Origin: Eledone cirrhosa
Taxonomy: Eukaryota
NCBI GenBank assembly: GCA_964016885.1
Contig: OZ024748.1
Location: 15,252,001 to 15,316,000, forward strand
Direction of reading: 5' to 3'
DNA: 64,000 bases
In this document: piece by piece, positions 1 through 12,934 of the stretch
Layout: every line of letters starts with the position of its first letter
Position numbering within the stretch: the stretch's first letter is position 1
Position numbers and translations under genes: made by a program
The notes under the pieces: model-generated
What the model was told of the DNA's origin: nothing
What the model saw: only the letters and a program-made list of their open reading frames with translations
The model's database searches: none

Positions 1-145
1 CTCTCTATGTGTGAAGATATAAACAAGGTATTATTTGATAAATATACAAAATAAATAACAGTAATGTAGAATTTAATGTAAATAATTCTAAACTTTGTAT
101 GTCTTTAATAACTACCAAACATAGAGTAAACTGCTTTTTACTTAC

Positions 146-287
146 CATTTTGAAGTGGTATTATTTCATGACTTTTACACAATAAAGACAGAACTATGTG
201 TAAATTTAAGAGATGTGATATATAAGTATAAAAATGTATACAGATATTATTCCTTGATGGAACATGATTGCTTGTTATCAAATTCAT
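146..287 (-). CDS. Candidate first coding exon of a host gene encoding a secreted or membrane protein (signal-peptide-like), ending at a phase-1 intron
   Basis: The minus strand reads ATG (287-285) open for 47 codons plus 1 nt, MNLITSNHVPSRNNICIHFYTYISHLLNLHIVLSLLCKSHEIIPLQN, directly into a consensus donor G|GTAAGT (145-140). An in-frame TAG lies immediately before the ATG, and there is a hydrophobic stretch LLNLHIVLSLLC. No homology recognised and the acceptor is not resolved. Confidence 0.4.
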
Positions 288-924
288 CTAATTCAACTCA
301 GAGAATAAAATGTCAATAATTTTGTGTTCTACAAATTATGTTACCACATGAAAATTATTTGAATAAACAGTTTATTCACATGTATGAATCACACCTTTTC
401 AAATACAACATGTAGCATATATTTTAAATTGAGGCTTTGTAGATCCAGTAGATACGTCATATGCTGGTTTTCCACATTTCATTATCATGGCATGAATGTA
501 GGACATATATTTATACATGGTTATGCATAGACAGATTGGAACCTAGGTATTTTGTGTTCTAGGTTAGCACTATAAAGTATGTCAACTTCTCCCAGAAAAA
601 ATAATTTCAACCTACAGTTTGGTAAGCTAACACACTAAGTGTTTGACATGTCTTCTGGCAACACTAAGAAAATTACTAAGCCTGCATTTTCTACTTCATA
701 GTCCACACGCACCCACATCAGATCATGTGACAGATCATAACACAATATGATCCTCTCCACAGCTTTGGATATTACCACAATGGTTCTATGTGAGCAGGAA
801 ATTATTATATACTTAAGTTAATCATACAAATATGTATAAAACTATAATCCTTTAATGTTCAGTAATATGCCATTTGTGGCTGCCTAGTTAGCTTTATAGT
901 AACACCAACCCTGTATATAGTGCT

Positions 925-1341
925 TAACCCTTTTGATACCAAAGTGCCTGGAACTTTTCTGTGTTTATATTTATCTGAACATTTGTCATTTTATATAAAA
1001 ACGGTGGATTGGCAGTATCGGTAGAGAGTCGGACGCCATGCTTTGACGCATAGAGTTACGGCCCTTGCCATTCTGAGTTCAAATCCCGCCGAGGTTAACT
1101 TTGCCTTTCATCCTTATGGGGTCGATAAGATAAAGTACCAGTAATACACTGGTTAATTGCTGGCCTTGTGCCAAAAGCAGAAACAATTATTTTATATAAG
1201 AACATGTAAGTTATGTTCCAGACAAGATTAATAAGAAGAAAGTTTTGTTACTAATTTCCTCCTAATTCTTGATTATTTTCAAAATGATTTGAAAATCATA
1301 GGCAGCGTCTATCATTAGAAATATAGCAATGAAAAGGTTAA
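925..1341 (+). mobile_element. TTAA-flanked non-autonomous DNA element (piggyBac-like MITE, family 1) interrupted by a SINE
   Basis: Begins TTAACCCTTTTGATACC and ends AAAAGGTTAA. Related sequence recurs near 3010-3450, 10975-11245, 24560-24835, 33190-33395, 34860-35060, 42290-42536, 45650-46030, 56776-56997 and 63128-63280. Confidence 0.6.
1003..1190 (+). mobile_element. tRNA-derived SINE, family A (near full length)
   Basis: Pol III A box TGGCAGTATCGG, B box GAGTTCAAATCC, central GCCTTTCATCCTTAYGGGGTCGATAA..AAAGTACCAG block (resembles the MetaSINE core) and tail GAAACAATTATT. Flanked by an approximate TSD TTTTATATAARAAC. Confidence 0.85.
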
Positions 1342-1734
1342 AGAGGAAGTCATAGTGTCCGAATTATAAACTTATTAACAACATCACATTTCAGAAAATT
1401 CGACATTTAATTAGGAAGCTCATTTGATGCCAAAGTTTCTACTACCTTCAGCTTGCTTCTTCTAATTGATGACATTTAGTGTAACCATTCCTATGATTAA
1501 ACTATAGATACCATAAACCATCTGATTTAATGAAATACTCATGTTATGTCAGCACCTACTTCAACTTACTAGAACTGCCATGTAACTAAGATCACTATTG
1601 TAAACAATTATCTGAAGCTGTGGATACAGTCATTATTTTGAGGAGGTTGTTTTTTTTCTAGAACAAAAATGCAAAACTGCCTTTGTATGATGCTACTCCT
1701 CACACAATAACTTCAAAATACAAAACTGAATGCC

Positions 1735-1905
1735 TCCAACCTCCCATCAGTCTCAATGATGAGTGTTCTAGTTATTCAATCAATGGAACAGCTTGCTCGT
1801 GAAATTAATATGTAACTGCAGAGAGATCCAAAATGATATGTACTTTTAATATAGCTCTCAGGAAAATTCATCATGACAGTGTGTGACAAAGCTAGCCCAT
1901 TTTGC
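1735..1905 (-). mobile_element. Degenerate 3' part of another SINE-like repeat
   Basis: Resembles an interspersed repeat I recall from octopus DNA (…AATGGAACAGCTTGCTCGTGAAATTAA…GTGTGACAAAGCTAGCCC). Recognition only. Confidence 0.4.
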
Positions 1906-3236
1906 AGAGTGTAGAATATATATTTTATTGCAACAAGAACCCAACCAATTTACAGAATATTCTAGCTACATTTTATCATAGCACCAGCACTACCACATTC
2001 TATTATGGCACCAACACCACTACTAGTGAATATAGCTGTCAAGCTCTACTAGTGACTCAAGGTCTAGGAGTTTGTTTCTCAGGAGACTTATTCAAATTCA
2101 CTAGTTAATAAAATATACAGAATTCTACACTATATTGTATTTTGTTTTGTGCATGTATATGTGTATATATGTGTTTGTGTGTGTGAGTGTGTTGAGCATG
2201 CATGCCTGCGTGCGTGTTTATGTTTGGCAGAATCAAAATAAACAAATGGATTCATAAGTTATAGGTATGTGCAAAGTGACCAGCTAATGAGAATCCATTA
2301 CTGATTCCCACAGTAATTACTGCCGAATATCTGTCATCAAGCTAATGCTTGTTATTTATCAACAAAGAAAATCTGTAGTTGTTTGTGAGTGCTAATGTAA
2401 TGGTTCATATTTGCATTCCTGAAGAATTCTTTGAAGGAATTAGTAAAAGGTCACTACTTTTAGAGTCAGAATAACAGGTAAAAGTTTGAGTTACAGAGTT
2501 TGTCAGATGAATCAGAAGACAGTTAAAATGCTTGAACGTGCTTCTTAGTTTATGATACAAAGCTATCAGTATTAAAGAGTGATAACCTATAATTTTATGC
2601 AAGGATCTTTTGAGCTACAATATTTCATACAGCAGCTTAATAAGGATTTCTAATTAAAACACAAGGTCTACAACTGAAGGTGTGTGTGTGGGGGGGAGTC
2701 AATTAAATCAACAACAGTACTTGACTGACATTTTATTTCATCAATCCCAATGCTCAAATGATTCCAACAATTAACCACCCTCAAAAGGTTAGCTCAATAA
2801 TCCGTTTAAAGATTACTTCATCATACCAAATTCCTCATTCTTTTCAAAATTATTTCAAACATATGGGCTGTGTGTTTCTTTTGAAATATAAGAAAAGGGT
2901 CAAAAGAGTTAGTGTGAGAGCTAACATTTGGCAGAAAGTAATCACACCAATACATCAACATAAACAACATATGTTCAACTCCCAGTTGGTTATAGATTTT
3001 TATTGACTTTCACCCTTTCATTACCCTATTCCTAATTGTTAAATCTACTGAAAATAATCAAGAATTGGAAAAGAATTAACAATATAACTAACTTTCTTGT
3101 TATTAAGCTGGTGTTTGGAGTATAAGTTCACATGACTCATACACTGTTCACATTCCTGACATTTGTACATTATTCTATTTACTGTACATGCACAATTGAT
3201 GGGTTGTACTGCACCTGAGCATTGTATAAAATAATT

Positions 3237-3325
3237 TTCATCCTTACGGGGTCGATAAAATAAAGTACCAGTAATGTACTGGGTAATTTACTGGCCTTGT
3301 GCCAAAAGTAGAAACAATTATTATT
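3237..3325 (+). mobile_element. SINE family A, 5'-truncated
   Basis: Matches the 3' half of 1003-1190. Confidence 0.8.
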
Positions 3326-5184
3326 CTTATATCACACACAAAGCTTCTTTCAAAAAGTTACGGTGGAATGTTTTAGATAAAAATAAATATTCTAACACAA
3401 ACAGTTTTGTATCATAGAATCAAAGGTGTCTCCAGGCAGTTTTGTATCAAAACCCCTGCACAGAAACCAACAAACTAACACATTTTAAAGTTCTTTTCAT
3501 ATTTACATATGTAAATCCTTTGACATGTCATCAGTGTTGTATCATTTTGACATTACTGGATCTTACAATATACCCACCTCATCCAGGTGACCAAACCAAG
3601 GTTGATCAAGCCTTAGCCAATGTCCAAGTAGCCAGCTATTGACCACACCTGTCACTACTATGTCAATTGGACACACTATTTTGAAAATGTAAACAAACAT
3701 TTCTCCTGAGAACTTGATTTACACACTACTAAAAAGGAAATAAAATATAAATTCGATTATATTAAAATTGTTAGACCAAATCAATTCTCATCCAATGAAA
3801 ATGGCTGAGAGAAATATTTGGTCATGTGCTGTAGGTATAGCTTGTATTAATATTGCAATAATACAGGCAATAAATAACCTCTGAGAAAAGGCTAAAGATT
3901 TATTAGGGAAGGAAGACAGAACTGTGATGATCACACTATCTTCACGTATATTAGCCAACTAAATGAAGTATAATAGCCATAACTGAGAATCAAATAAGGT
4001 CAGAAAGTCAGATGAAGTCATAGTTTGAATCTATTTCCATTTTGGAAGATTCTTTTTCTCACAAAGCTGAGCTAACAATCAGAATCGTATTTGTAAATGA
4101 CCGTATAATAAGGAGACAATGTGAAAAACAATTTGGTTACCTCATGCACAGTGATTTTCGTCCCATTGGATGTATCTCTCTCTATATATATATATGATAT
4201 TATTGTCCATAAAACTGCTGTTTAACCCTTTCATTACCATATGAAAAAAACACTGTCTATGATTTTCAAATAATTAAGAAAGTGCCCTTTGTGATTGCAC
4301 CCTAATGGCAGAAACCAGTAAAAGAATAATATGCTATTTGTTATGCCTTTCACAAGTCTATTTCTAATAAAATATATATTTGTTTAATGCAAAATGTTGA
4401 GGCATTTACTAACATTATCATTATAAAGATAACAACATAACATGGTGGAAGCAGAAGCAGTGACCAGCAAACCTTGTACAACATTCACTCATTTTTCAGA
4501 TGTCTTAATGTAGATCTTCTAATCGAGAAAGCTCAGATGGCAAGATACTATAGCAGGAGACACTGGAATTGACAAAAAAGAACTACAAACCTTGATGGGA
4601 ATCAGAGATTGCTGGTGTGAAGTTGTGCTTGCTGTCTCATTTTAGGGCAATGGATAGAATAAATTAGCATGGTTCTTAAATAAAAGAAATGTTGGGAGCT
4701 TTTTAAAATATAAATAGGGATCCTTTTAAAATGGGAGGTTTTATCTCATAGAACTAGAGAGCCAAGTTTCGTCAAGTTGCAGTTTCAAAATGATATTGTT
4801 ATTTCATAAGAACTTAATAATGTGTATCATTATTATTATTATGGCCTTGTGCCTAAAGTAGAAACAATTATTATTATTATTATTATTATAACATAGAAGA
4901 AACAACTAGATGTACACAGACATTAGAAATTAATCCATAAATTTTTGACAACTCTACATATCATCAATGTTGTTTATACTTTAGTAAATTTGAATTCTTA
5001 GTGAAGATAGAATATATGGAACAATGAAATTAATGAGGGAATAACATCTTATTGATTATCCAATGTTTAAGATAATGCATAAATTATTGATAGAACCACT
5101 GACAGACAATAGCCATATGAATAAAATCTAGAAAGGAATCTTGTACATAGTTGGTTTTTTTTATATATCTTTTATTGACACAGC

Positions 5185-5750
5185 TATTATCATCATCATC
5201 ATTATTATTAGCATTTTTATAATCATCAATGTAATTGTTGTTGCCTTTGTTTCAATTGTTGCCATTGTTGTAGTAGTTGTTGTTGGTGGTGGTAGTGGTT
5301 ATGTGGTTTCTTTGTTGTTTTGTTGTTGCTGTTATAGTTGTTTCTGTTGCTCTTTGTTGTTTTTGTTGTTGTTCGTGGTGGTGGTGTTGGTGGTGTTGCA
5401 GCTACTGCTGCTATTGCTGTTATAGTTGGGTTGTTTTTTTTTAGCAGTTTTTGTTTTTATTGCAGCTACTGCTGTTATTGATGTTGTGGTTGTTGTTGCT
5501 ACAGTTGTAGTTGTTGCTATCACTATTGGGGCTGCTGCTGTTGTTGTTACTATTGTTGCTGATTTTGTTATTGTTGCTGTTGTTGTTGATTTTGTTGTTT
5601 CTGTTGTAGTTGTTGATTTTTTGTTGTTTCTGTTGTAGTTGTTGATTTTTTGTTGTTTCTGTTGTAGTTGTTGATTTTTTGTTGTTTCTGTTGTTTTTCT
5701 TATTGTTGCTGCTACTGTTATATTTGTTGTTCCTATTGCCATTCCTGTTG
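5185..5750. repeat. Degenerate (TTG)n/(CAA)n low-complexity tract
   Basis: Continuous imperfect TTG/CTG/GTG triplets with an internal tandem unit of about 30 bp near 5580-5700. Source of the poly-V/T ORFs. Confidence 0.9.
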
Positions 5751-5772
5751 CTCTAAAAGAAATATAACTCAC

Positions 5773-5909
5773 TTTTGTGTTGTAATTGTATATTTATGAT
5801 GCCTTCAGATATTTCTTTTCTAGTTTGACAGACGTTTTAAAACCCAACCAACGCATCTTCTGTCCATCTGCCTGTTTGTCTGTCTGTTCGTCTGTCTGTT
5901 CGTCCAATG
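5773..5909 (-). other. Possible non-coding (5' UTR) exon
   Basis: Minus strand: pyrimidine tract TTTTTTCCTCTTTTATTGTGAGCAG| at about 5935-5910 and donor AAA|GTGAGT at 5772-5767. The two ATG-initiated frames inside stop within it. Confidence 0.25.
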
Positions 5910-6350
5910 CTGCTCACAATAAAAGAGGAAAAAATGCAGGCAAAAGTATTGATCTTCAGGCCCCAATATGGTAGGTCTAATTTGAACGTTTTATTGTTTA
6001 GTAATATTATTGTAGTTTTTGTTGGGGTGTTTTTTGTGTTGGTTGTGGCGTTGTTGTTGTTGTTGACAGTAGTAGTAGTAAGTATTTTTTACTTATCCAT
6101 TTCTTCTATAAACCTTAGAAGAAGAAAGAACTTATCAAATTAACTCATAGAATTATTTATAACACTTCTATTGATAAAAGGTAAAAAAGGGTAAAAAAGA
6201 AAGTTAAAAAAAGGTAAAATAAGCAAAGAATTAAACAAAAAATTTCAAAAAAACAAATAGAATAAATAAAAACAAAATTAAAAAAAAAGTCAAATAAATA
6301 AACATGTAGACAAGCCGGAGAGGGGGGGGGGGGGAGAAAAACATGAAATA

Positions 6351-6405
<55 letters not shown>
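6351..6405. repeat. (GAT)n microsatellite
   Basis: Pure ATG/GAT run. Confidence 0.95.
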
Positions 6406-6406
<1 letters not shown>

Positions 6407-6915
6407 AATAAATCTGTTTTAAGGCATTCACAATGGGTTTAAATATAGGTTGGTTAAACATAAGGAAAAAAGTGGAAAAGTGGAAAGTCTTTTCAAAGTG
6501 ACAGCAGCCAAATTTAGGACATTGCATGGTAGATAACTAACTATAGGAAGAAATGTTTTTATGGATGTTGGTTGGTTAGAAAGTATTTATTTCCTCCATT
6601 TAGAAATTCGCTTTGAATTTGATTGTCTGTTTTCTAAAACAAATTCTGAAAATAATCTAACACCAATGACACTGTCAATACAAGAATTGACTATGAGGAG
6701 AAGGTATATGTATTCCTATGTACACACACACACACACACATATATATGCATATACACACACACACATATATATGTACATATATAGATGTATATTATATAT
6801 ACACACACACAAATATGCACACGTACATAACCCATGCAAGTGTGGGAAAATAGACATTGAATGATGAGATACACATATGTGTGTGTATGTATATATATAT
6901 ATATATATATATATA

Positions 6916-6989
6916 CAAGGTGTCCCCCAAAAATGCATACACACCTTGATTAGATGTACAAAAAAATGTGTATACATTTTTTGGGACAC
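6916..6989. mobile_element. Tiny Tc1/mariner-like MITE remnant in a TA tract
   Basis: TA|CAAGGTGTCCCCCAAAAATGCATACAC pairs with GTGTATACATTTTTTGGGACAC. Confidence 0.55.
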
Positions 6990-7189
6990 ACACACACAAT
7001 TATTAGAAAATACGCCATTCATAACTTTCATGCTGGTTCTTATAATAAAGAATAAAAGGAAGAATCCAAGTTAAATTCATCAAAGCTGTTATAAAGAATC
7101 AGTAGACGATATCTCACAGCAACTTAGAAAATAGTTTGGAAATTACAAGTGCAAAATAACAACAAAACAAACAATTAAAACATTATTAA

Positions 7190-7870
7190 TAATTCATAGA
7201 ATAAGAAAAACCCAACACAAGATGAGCTATTAAAACACCAAAATGCCGTCAATGACAGCATCAAGTAAAATTACCTCAAAGGAAAGAAATCAGTGGCTAG
7301 AAGTGTATTGGCCCAAGGAATTGACAGGAAGAAATATATATAAGCAATGTAATCTGAGTTTTTTGAATATTAATAATTGTTTCTACTTTTGGCACAAGGC
7401 CAGAAATTATCCCAGTACATTACTGGTACTTTATTTTTTCGACCCCATAAGAATGAAAGGCAAAGTTAACCTTGACGGGATTTGAATTCGGACTGTAAAG
7501 GGACGTAACTATGCTGGAAAGCATGGCATCCGACCCACTACCGATACTTTGCAATCATGCAAACAGCCTCTTAAGCCATGTGAGTAGAATGACCTTGTCA
7601 TTCTTGCTCTTGTGTTGACATATAAACAGCTCTGTTTACTCACATGGCTTAAGAGGCTGTTTGCATAATTGGAAACGAGTTGAATATTATTATTAATATT
7701 CAAAAAACTCAGTCAGATAACATTTCTTGTATTCAGCCATGAAGAGCGATAAAAGTATTTGTTAGTTATTATATACATTTGAGGTAATTTTACCCGACGC
7801 TATCGTTGACAGCATTTTACTGTTTTAACAGCTATTCTTGTGTTAGCTTTTACTCATTATTCTATGAATT
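7190..7870. mobile_element. Long foldback (palindromic) element with a SINE inserted in its left arm
   Basis: Outer imperfect arms 7190-7377 and 7689-7870, plus a perfect 30-bp inner inverted repeat 7557-7586/7637-7666. Confidence 0.75.
7375..7555 (-). mobile_element. SINE family A
   Basis: Reverse complement of the 1003-1190 pattern. Confidence 0.85.
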
Positions 7871-10800
7871 TTAGTACACCCACGCTTTATCTCGGTCTTT
7901 GAGACAACACAGTTTATATTACTAATAATATTTAAAAGTAGAGATAATGAAATTAACATACTAACAATTCTATATTTGATAAGTTTTCAATGGCTGGATG
8001 TCCTTCCTATGACCACCCACTTTACAAAGTGCACTTGGTGTATTTATCGTGTAGATCATCAATACTAGGGCAGTTGTAATGTTTTTGACAAAACTGAAGA
8101 GTCCTCCTTACCCTTTGTTTCGCTCCTAAATGAAAATAAGTTTCACTACATCCCATATATTTCCATAGCAGAATAAGGCCAGGGGTCAAGTTTAAATACA
8201 TGCTTCAACAAATCATTACAGAATCCTCCAAACCAGATGGAAAAATCAATTTAATGAGCAAACACAATGTGTGCGTGTGTGCATGCGTGTTCCTTCTACT
8301 TATTGAGTTCACATTACATTCAATTTGGCACATTGGCACATTGGCACTGTTAACTTTTGTTCTCAATCAAATAAGGCAATTTTCATGTTAAAAACTATAC
8401 ATCTTATTCTTAACAATCATTGTCGTTATAGACACCATTCAAATATTATTTCATATTTTCTTGTTTTCATTTTAATTTTTTTTTTTTCAGCTTTATCATT
8501 GTTTGATTTATATGGCTTAGTTATCACAGGAAGGGCAGCATACATAACCTTATTGTTGGGCTTCTGAGATTGATGGAGGGAGAAATGGGGAGGGATTTTA
8601 TTCAATATAGCTGCAGTCATTTTCATTGTATGCAACATTTTTCTTCTTCACATTGACTTAGATAAGAACTTTAGCTTCTCTGTCTTTGTAATAAGTTACA
8701 TCTTTATTGTTATATTTTTGGTGGTGGCGAGGGGGGGGGGGATCTTGCTGTCAATCAAATGACATGCACTGATTATTGAATTTCACCTTGCACTTTATTA
8801 TTTATCAGATAATCAACCTATCAATCAGTTGGTAAATCAACTAATTAATTAAATGTCAGAGTCCTTTCATCACAGTCTGTGACCTTATCAATGTCTCTTG
8901 CCCTTTGCGTCTCCTCTAAATTTCCATTTAGTTCATCTTTACTCCACTTTTGAAATAACAAGAAAAAGTAGTACAAAAAAGGAGGGGGGTCAAACTCCAT
9001 TCTCTCAGCTGGTCAACATAATTTTAATGTACATTCGATGGGCAAGATGATGAAAGTGTTGCCATGGAGAACAACCAGTAGTATCTGCTGCACTGGCCAT
9101 TCCACCTCCAAAGGCTCCTTCATCGACAGCACAACTAAACAATGCAACCCACAGATAAGATGGCAAAAGTGTTGTCACAGAGAACAACCAGCGATATCCA
9201 ATACATCAGCTTTTCCTTCTCATGAGTCCTCTTCTTCAGGTGCAAACAAACCATCATCACAATATGGCAGAAGAAAACAACATTTGGCTATAACTCATGT
9301 GTTATTCTAAAAGCAAAGATTTCGCCAGAATATTTACAACAGAGTGGACTCAGCTAAAAGCACTCACAGGCCAGATGGTGTTAATGTTGAAATAAATATA
9401 AGTTAAATCAGCTTTTCCAGTCAGAAGTCCACTGAATCCTGGGGCTCTGTGAGTTAAGTTCAACATTACAAAGTACTGTATCAAAACAAAAGTAATACAT
9501 CCATACTATTGGGTATCCATTTTTCTATAAGTATAAACATTTCTCTCATTTGATTGTTTGGAAAAATTCATTTTTATGAAAGAGGTTCCCTGGCGTGAAA
9601 AGTTTCGATTTCTCTGAGTTAATTCTATTAGAATCTATGGATGAAACAAGCTTCAGAGTTTCATCCTCTTCAAAAACTATATAAAGAAGCATACTTAAAA
9701 AGACTACTTGTGTGTAAACAGTAGTAAACGTTACTTTAATCCTTTTCAAAGCTTATTACCTTACTCACCTGCTCTGTGATAGAAAACAGTTTGTTTAAAA
9801 GTGTTTACATTTATATAAATATGTTTCAACATAATTCTATGTAAGTTATGTCCCAAAATACCAGTTTCATAATGAGAAAGTTATTTTACAACGTCCGTTC
9901 AAATTCTTGATAATTTTTAATATGATGTGAAAATCATAGGCAGTGCATTTCATTAGAAATATGGTAACGGATTGCTTAAGTTGAATAGGACTGGCCAAGC
10001 ATTGAATTTATATGGCATCTAAGTTTAGTATTTTCTCCTTAGCAACTTTCTTTTGCTGAAGTTCTCTGTTTCCAAGGCAGATGGTTTTTAACCAACATAA
10101 TATCAATATATCAACTGATTTATACCTCCTTAGTAACTACACTTGTTTAATATCTGTTCATCTGCTGTATTTCGAAAACATCTATTTTGTTTATACTTTC
10201 TATCACCACTCAATACAATCTCATTGTTCTCACTTTTATTCAGTTAGATAGTTTTATTTAGTGGATGCAATCCTTTCTACAGAAGCTACTCTCTCCCTTC
10301 ATCTTTCTCTTTCTGAATAAACTGGGTTATATTTTTCAAGGAGTTCACAGAAACCTTTAAACATTTCCTATCTTAAGTGCTTGTTTTAGATAGAATTTTT
10401 ACAGAATAATAAATGGGAAAGTATTACAAATGAGAAACGTTTGAAAATAAATAATAGTGAATGTAGTTTTGTCAGTTAAATGTATAAAAGAACTTAGCAA
10501 TATCAATCTGATAGTGTGAATGAAAATGAAATGGAATGTACAGTTCAAATCTGTGTAGATTCAGCTGGCCTTCTATGATGTTGTATTACAGGAGGTTTCT
10601 TAGCTGTTTTAATGAGAGGACTGCCAGTCTTATCATGAAAAGCAATATAAAATGAAGCAACTTGCATAAGAGCACAGAATTCCACACAATTTTATTGGGA
10701 CACGAGCACTAGAAAGGCTGGCTTGTCTTTGGCAAGAATAAAGAACAATCTATACTCTAATTGGTCTCCATTTCAATTGCCAACCACTTTACAGAGTGTA

Positions 10801-11317
10801 AGCAGTGCAGCATCAACCCTAGAGAGGTTGCCATGCTGTAACATCACAGAAGAGTCCTCTTCATTCTACATCATCTCAGGCAAAGAGGTTAGTTTTGAAG
10901 GAGAATGAATGGAAAAGAGGTTAAATAAGGAAAGAATATGAAGTTATGATGTCATTTAGAAAAGGTAGGAATTAACTTGGCTCCAGTCCATTTGATACCA
11001 ACCCATCTGAAACCACTCCCAGGTTCTGTGATGGTAAACTGCACATTTTAAAGTGTTTTTACTTATATTAAAGCATTCCATTAGAATTATATAAGAATGT
11101 TTTTAATCAAGTAATGTTCCAAACATCAGCTTGATAATGAAAACATTTTCTTTACTAAATTCTTCAAAATGTTTCATTAGTTTCAAAATTAATTAAAACA
11201 CGAAGGCAGTGTCTTTCATTAGAAATATAGTTATAAAAGGGTTGAAGTTGAGAAGATCTCTCTATTTTATTCTACATAGAAGTGGAAATATTACTATCAC
11301 CACAAAATAAAACATAG

Positions 11318-11415
11318 TACTAAATCTACAAATTATGGCACTAAATCTACATATTATATTACTAAATCGATACATTATAATAATAAATCTATAAATTATA
11401 GTACTAAATCTATCA
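11318..11415. repeat. 21-bp minisatellite, about 4-5 copies
   Basis: Unit approximately ACTAAATCTACAAATTATAGT. Confidence 0.75.
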
Positions 11416-11975
11416 TAAAATTGTCTGAGTGATCTATTTACAAATTCTATATTACTAGTGAAATAGTGAATGTTCCCAAACAGCACTGAGAGACTAACTA
11501 GAGTACTTTATTTCATTAATAGTAGGCCAATTTATTGCAAAACAACTATCTAGCATGTAGCATGTGCTAGCTATTAGTAATTATCTATCTAATTGGCTTA
11601 ACTTGACTATCAGAACAAGCCTAAGAGTGGAGATAGGGCTAACCCAAGAGGACTGGAGCCAAGTTAATTGGGAAACTTCAGAGATGATAATGGAAACCAA
11701 CAGAGAAACATGATCACTGATGAAGTCAAGATGACTCAATTTAGACTGACTGCTATCAATTACTATTCAACATACACAGATACACACACAGACACACAAA
11801 AACAAACAGAGATATATACAGACAAATTCATTCAAAACTATGATGAAGTTTTCCATTGAATTTATATGTATATATGCATATACATATATATGTATGCTTG
11901 TATGTGTGAAAGTGTATATATATATATATGTCGTTATACATCCATTTTTTTCGTGCATGCATGGATTGGATATGG

Positions 11976-12014
<39 letters not shown>

Positions 12015-12017
<3 letters not shown>

Positions 12018-12180
12018 AGAGACAGAGGCCTAGGAAGAGGTGGCGAGAGCTGACCTCAAATTGCTGAGATGCACAGGGAAGATGATGAAGAAACGCAGTG
12101 AGTGGAGTGATGGTGTGCTGAGTGGATCTGTCGAACCCATGCAAACATGAAAAAATGTATGTGAAAACAATGATTCATCA
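12015..12180 (+). mobile_element. RTE-type LINE 3' remnant
   Basis: RPRKRWRE-like coding decay followed by AACCCATGCAAACATGAAAAAATG…, the same 3' end as the RTE copies at 21863 and 28871. Confidence 0.55.
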
Positions 12181-12246
12181 TCATCATAATTTTATGTCTG
12201 TTTTTCCCTGCTTGCAAGGGTATATATATATATATATACAAGGGTG

Positions 12247-12282
<36 letters not shown>

Positions 12283-12934
12283 AATTGGCTGAAGTAAAAA
12301 ATTTCTGAGGTCATCGGCCATTAGAATGGATGTACAGTTTTGAACCCTACTGACAGTACTGCAGGCTTATCCATGGTCACAGCATCTGACAAAATAATTA
12401 AACTGTCACTGGAGAATGAAGATAAAATCAAAACAAAACAAATTTATGGGTATAGAATAAAATGCAAAACTTTTAAGACATCCAATACATGTGGAAAAGG
12501 CCCAGTCTGACCTGGGGATGAAGGCAAACATATAGAGACACACAGAGAATGTGAATGCTCAGAGAAGAAAAATGGAGTGAGAGACACCAAAATAAAAGAA
12601 AGGTGACATGCCACAACAAAAATAAACAATTTAACAAAAGAAGAGGAGGGGAGATGTGTGTGTCACAGGTAATATTGTATTATTGGCACAAGTAAAAATA
12701 CTCAGTGGTTCAAAAGTTTATATATTGTGTACATTATATGCATATCTTGTCTTCCTTTGTCAAATTACTATGAAGGAATGCACCTGTAGAGACTTTACAA
12801 CATCCCAAGTACTGGCTGACAGCAAAGATGAAGGGAAAGAAGTGGTATACTGCTCCACCCTGCAGCACTCTCCCCACCCCCACGATCCTGGAGGATCACA
12901 CAATTGGTAACAATAATGGTAATTCTATTGTTAG

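Noticed and set aside
1003-1095. tRNA gene
   Set aside because: A and B boxes are present but there is no cloverleaf, and it continues into a multi-copy SINE body.
2230-2610. Non-repetitive TAAT-rich island as an enhancer or exon
   Set aside because: No convincing splice pair or recognisable protein, and conservation cannot be judged without alignments.
5141-5772. Hydrophobic or Thr-rich ORFs resembling membrane or mucin proteins
   Set aside because: They derive from a degenerate (TTG)n tract, and the minus-strand start is the GTG of a GTGAGT motif.
9755-9795. Minus-strand CAG|GTGAGT as a second recursive site
   Set aside because: An earlier AG intervenes after a short pyrimidine tract, and the motif lies at the start of a family-1 MITE copy.
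11715-11750. CTGATGA followed by a short stem (also near 44005 on minus) as hammerhead ribozymes
   Set aside because: The GAAA and NUH core elements are missing or misplaced, so these are at most dead remnants.
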